Assembly: GCF_004010195.1 (NCBI RefSeq)
Contig: NC_057714.1
Location: 117,620,638-117,684,637, forward strand
Origin: Chiloscyllium plagiosum
Lineage: Eukaryota
DNA length: 64,000 nucleotides
Direction: 5' to 3'
The notes beneath the pieces were generated by a model. That model saw only the letters and a program-made list of their open reading frames with translations. It had not been told where the DNA came from and made no database searches. This document shows, piece by piece, positions 60,545 to 64,000 of this stretch (its first letter is position 1; each line of letters opens with the position of its first letter). The translations under genes and the position numbers were made by a program.

Positions 60545-62430
60545 CCTAGCTCCCTTTCTTCATAAGACATGCCCTCCAGTTCAGGCAGCATCCTGGTAAA
60601 TCTCCTCAGTGCTCTCCTGGTAAATCTCCTCTCAAGCTTCCACATCTTTCCTATAATGAGGCAACCAAAAAGGAACACAATATTCCAAGTATGGTCTAAC
60701 CAGGACTCTATAGATCTGCAGGGTTTAAATCAGTGGTGCTGGAAAAAAGGCGTCTATTCCTGATGAAGGGCTTTTGCCCAAAATGTCAATTTTCCTGCTC
60801 CTCTGATGCTGCCTGACCTGCTGTGCTTTTTCAGCACCACTCTGATCTAAACTCTGGTTTCCAGCATCTGCAGTCCTCACTTTGCTTCTATAGAGCTGCA
60901 GCATAACCTTACAGCTCTTAAAATCAATCCCCTGGCTAATGAAAGGTAACACACCATACATTTTCTTAACTTGGGTGACAACTTTGAGGGATCTGTGCTA
61001 TGGGTGTGGACTCCAAGATCCCTCTGTTCCTCCACTCTGCCAAGAATCCTGTCTTTAGCACTGTTTTCTCCATTCAAATTTGACCTTCCAAAGTGAACTC
61101 CATCTGCCACTTTTCAGCCCAGTTCTGCATCCTGTCAATGTCCTGTTGCAACCTATAGAAGCCTTCCACACTATCCACTATTCCACCAACCTTCGTGTCA
61201 TTGGCAAACTTACTAACCCTCCCTTCCACTTCCTCATCCAAGTCATTTATAAAAATCACAAAGAGCAAACGTCCCAGAACAGATCCCTGTATATCACCAC
61301 TGGTTGTCAAGCTCCCGGCTGAATACTTTCCATCTACCACCACTCTCTGTCGTCTATGAGCTAGTCAATTCTGTATCCAGACAGCTAGATTTCCCTGTAT
61401 CCCATGCCTCCTTACTTTCTGAATCAGCCTACCATGGGAAACCTTGCTAAAATCTAAATGTGCCACATCCACTGCTTTACCGTCATCAATGTGTTTTGTC
61501 ATATCCTGAACAAATTTGGTAAGGCTTGTGAGGCATGACCTGCAACCCCCCCACCCCACCCCAGCCAAAGCCATGCTGACTATGTCTAATCGAACAGTAG
61601 TTTTCCAAGTAGTCATAAATCCTGTCTCTCAGAATCCTCTCCAGTACTTTGCCCACCACAGACATGAGACTGACTAGTCTGTAATTCCCAGGATTATCCC
61701 TATACCTATCTTGAAGAAGGGAATAACATTTGCCACCCTCCAATCATTTGGCACTATTCCAGTGGAGAGTGAGGATGCAAAGATCATTCCCAAGATGCAG
61801 CAATCTCTTCCCTCACTTCCTGCAGTAACCTAGGGTATATCCCATCTGGTCCCATTTATTTATCATCAATCATGGTGTTTCAAACTTTTCAGCACATCCT
61901 CCTTAACGTCAACCTGTTTGAGCTGTTTCATGCTGTCCTCAGAAATGTCAAGGTCCCTCTCAGTAGTGAATACTGAAGCAAAGTATTCATTAAAGCTTCC
62001 CCTACCACCTCTGACTCCAGACACAAGTTCCCTCCACTACCCTCACTCTGGCCATCCTCTTGTTCCTCACATAAATGTAGAGTTTTGAATACAAATAATG
62101 ACCCAGCTTCTATAGCTCTCTGCAGTAAAGAATTCCACAGAATCATTACCCTCAGAAGAAATTCATCCTCATCTCTGTTGTAAATTGGTGACCTGTGATT
62201 GTGAGATTATGCCCTACAGTCTTCAACACTTCCACAATGGGAAACAACCTTTTTGCATCTACATTGTCAAGTTCCCTAACAGGGTTGTATGTATCAATAA
62301 GGTCACCCTTCATTATTCTATATTTCAACTCATAAGAAAATCCCACCATCCTAGTATCAGCCTCGTGAACCATCCCTGCACTGCCTCCAATGCTAGTATA
62401 ATTTTCCTTATCTAAGTTTTTCAGCTGTGA
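60545..62430 (-). mobile_element. Decayed CR1 copies, with a Penelope-like insertion at 60707-60901 (15-bp TSD, 1 mismatch)
   Basis: NPGNYRLVSLMSVVGKVLE, QGSVLGRLLFVIFINDL, KFANDTKVGG. TCTATAGA(T/G)CTGCAG at 60707-60721 and 60887-60901. Confidence 0.8.
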
Positions 62431-62450
62431 TATTGACTTGTGCCTGTATG

Positions 62451-62686
62451 TGAAATAACTCCACACAGGATGGAATCCCATCACCAAGTCACCCTTTATT
62501 GACATGTGGAAAGGCATTGACACTGATGCAGCTTCTTTAGAGCCGGCTGTCAGAGCGAACAGAACCGCTGACAGTCCTGTTTATATCTGTCGGCCAGGGC
62601 TCCCTGTTTCAACCTCATTAACAGTCCCAATCAGGGAACTCATACTTTATGAAGTCCATCTGGCTGACCTCGTTACGATCACTACA
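62451..62686 (-). mobile_element. Solo LTR (236 bp, probably Gypsy-type)
   Basis: Minus strand starts TGTAGTG and ends TTATTTCA, with internal GATTGG, TATAAA and AATAAA in the expected order. 5-bp flanks GTATG and GTATA. Interrupts a CR1 fragment. Confidence 0.7.
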
Positions 62687-64000
62687 GTATAGTTCTAGCA
62701 AAAGGTCCTTACTTTTATACTCCATTTCCCTTGGAATAAAGACCATTTTCTTTATCTGCTAAATTTGAATGCTAGCTTTTTTGTGATTCATTGATCAGGA
62801 CTCCCAAGCATCTTGAGCATTTAAATAGTATTCAGCTCCTCCTCTTCCTACCCAAATGTATAACCTTACATTTCCCCATTTCTCCATTGGCCAAGTTTTT
62901 GGTCATTTGTTTAACCCATCTATATCTCTGTGAAGACTGTGTCTTCATCACTACTTGCTTTCCCACCTATTTTTGTGTCATCCACAAACTTGGCTGTAGT
63001 GCATTCACATCCCTCATCCAAGCCATTAATATAGATGGTAAATTATTGTGGCCCCAGCACTGATCCCTGTGGCACACTATCAGTTCAGGATCAATGACCT
63101 CTGTCCATCTCAAGGTCAGAAGTGGGAATATCTACTGATTGCATAATTGTCAATGTCATTGTAACTCTTCAGATATTGAAGCAGCCTATGTTTCCATGCC
63201 ACAAGGTCTGGACAATATACAGGCTTAGACCAACCATTGGTAAATGACATTACCTGGCACCTGGTTACATGATTAGTCATGCTACACATCACCCGTGACA
63301 TTCAGTGGCATTGCCATTGCTAATTCCCCCACCATCAAAATCCTGGGGTTGACCATTGAACAGCAATTGAACTGGACTAGCCCTATAATTGCAATGGCTA
63401 CAAGTGAAGCCAGAAGCTAAGAATCCTGCAGCAAAAAGGTCTCCTCCTGAGCCTGTCCACAAGGCACAAGTCAGGAATATGCACAGTTGCCTGGAAAGAG
63501 TGCAGCTTCACCAGAAGTTTGGCACCATCCAGGACAAAGCAGCACACTTGATTGGCACAACATTCACAAACATTCAGTCTTTCCATGATGCTTAGTAGTA
63601 CTAGTAGTGTGTACCACCCACAAGATGCACTGCAGAAATTCACCAAAGCTCCTTTTGACAACATCCTTCAAAATCACAACCGTTCAGTAGGACAACGGCA
63701 GCAGATACTTGGGAGCACCACCAACCACAATTCTCCCCCACAACCGCCCCCTCCCACTCAAAGCCACTCATCTTCCAGATTTGGAAATATATTGCAATTC
63801 CTTAGTGTGGCCAGGTCAACGTTCTGAAACTTTCCGAAACGATATTGTAGGTCTGCTGAGACCAGATACCCGGCAGTGGTTCAAGAAGGTAGCCACCCAC
63901 CATCTTCTCTAAAACAACTAGGGATAGGCATTAAATGGTGGTTCAACCAGTGACATCCGCATCCTGTGTATGAACAAAGAGGACATGAGTAAGGAGGTGA

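Overview
Vertebrate genomic DNA, almost certainly a shark or other elasmobranch (inferred from HE1-type V-SINEs and the CR1, Rex1/Babar and Penelope repeat content), with four N gaps. The main gene is RECQL4 on the + strand. It has a CpG-island promoter at about 11.3-11.7 kb, a probable non-coding first exon, and 16 phase-consistent GT-AG coding exons (15732-52989, 1097 codons) covering the Sld2-like N-terminus, a CCHC zinc knuckle and the complete RecQ helicase core. Its 3' exons were not found and presumably lie beyond the window. After the last visible RECQL4 exon, on the opposite strand, is an intact, intronless, very GC-rich MBLAC2-like metallo-beta-lactamase-fold gene (56490-57326). A ~1.1 kb minisatellite starts at its stop codon and a 178/179-bp tandem duplication lies upstream. 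An 86-bp tandem array (about 21 units, a GC box and TATAAA in nearly every unit, apparently amplified from a SINE/LINE 3' tail) runs directly into the RECQL4 promoter. About 20 short Penelope-like insertions of at least four families are scattered through the window. Many are inverted hairpins with 8-16 bp target-site duplications and carry minimal hammerhead-ribozyme cores (CUGANGA-stem II-GAAA-NUH), two of them intact on the RECQL4 sense strand. All calls were made by eye and no searches were run.
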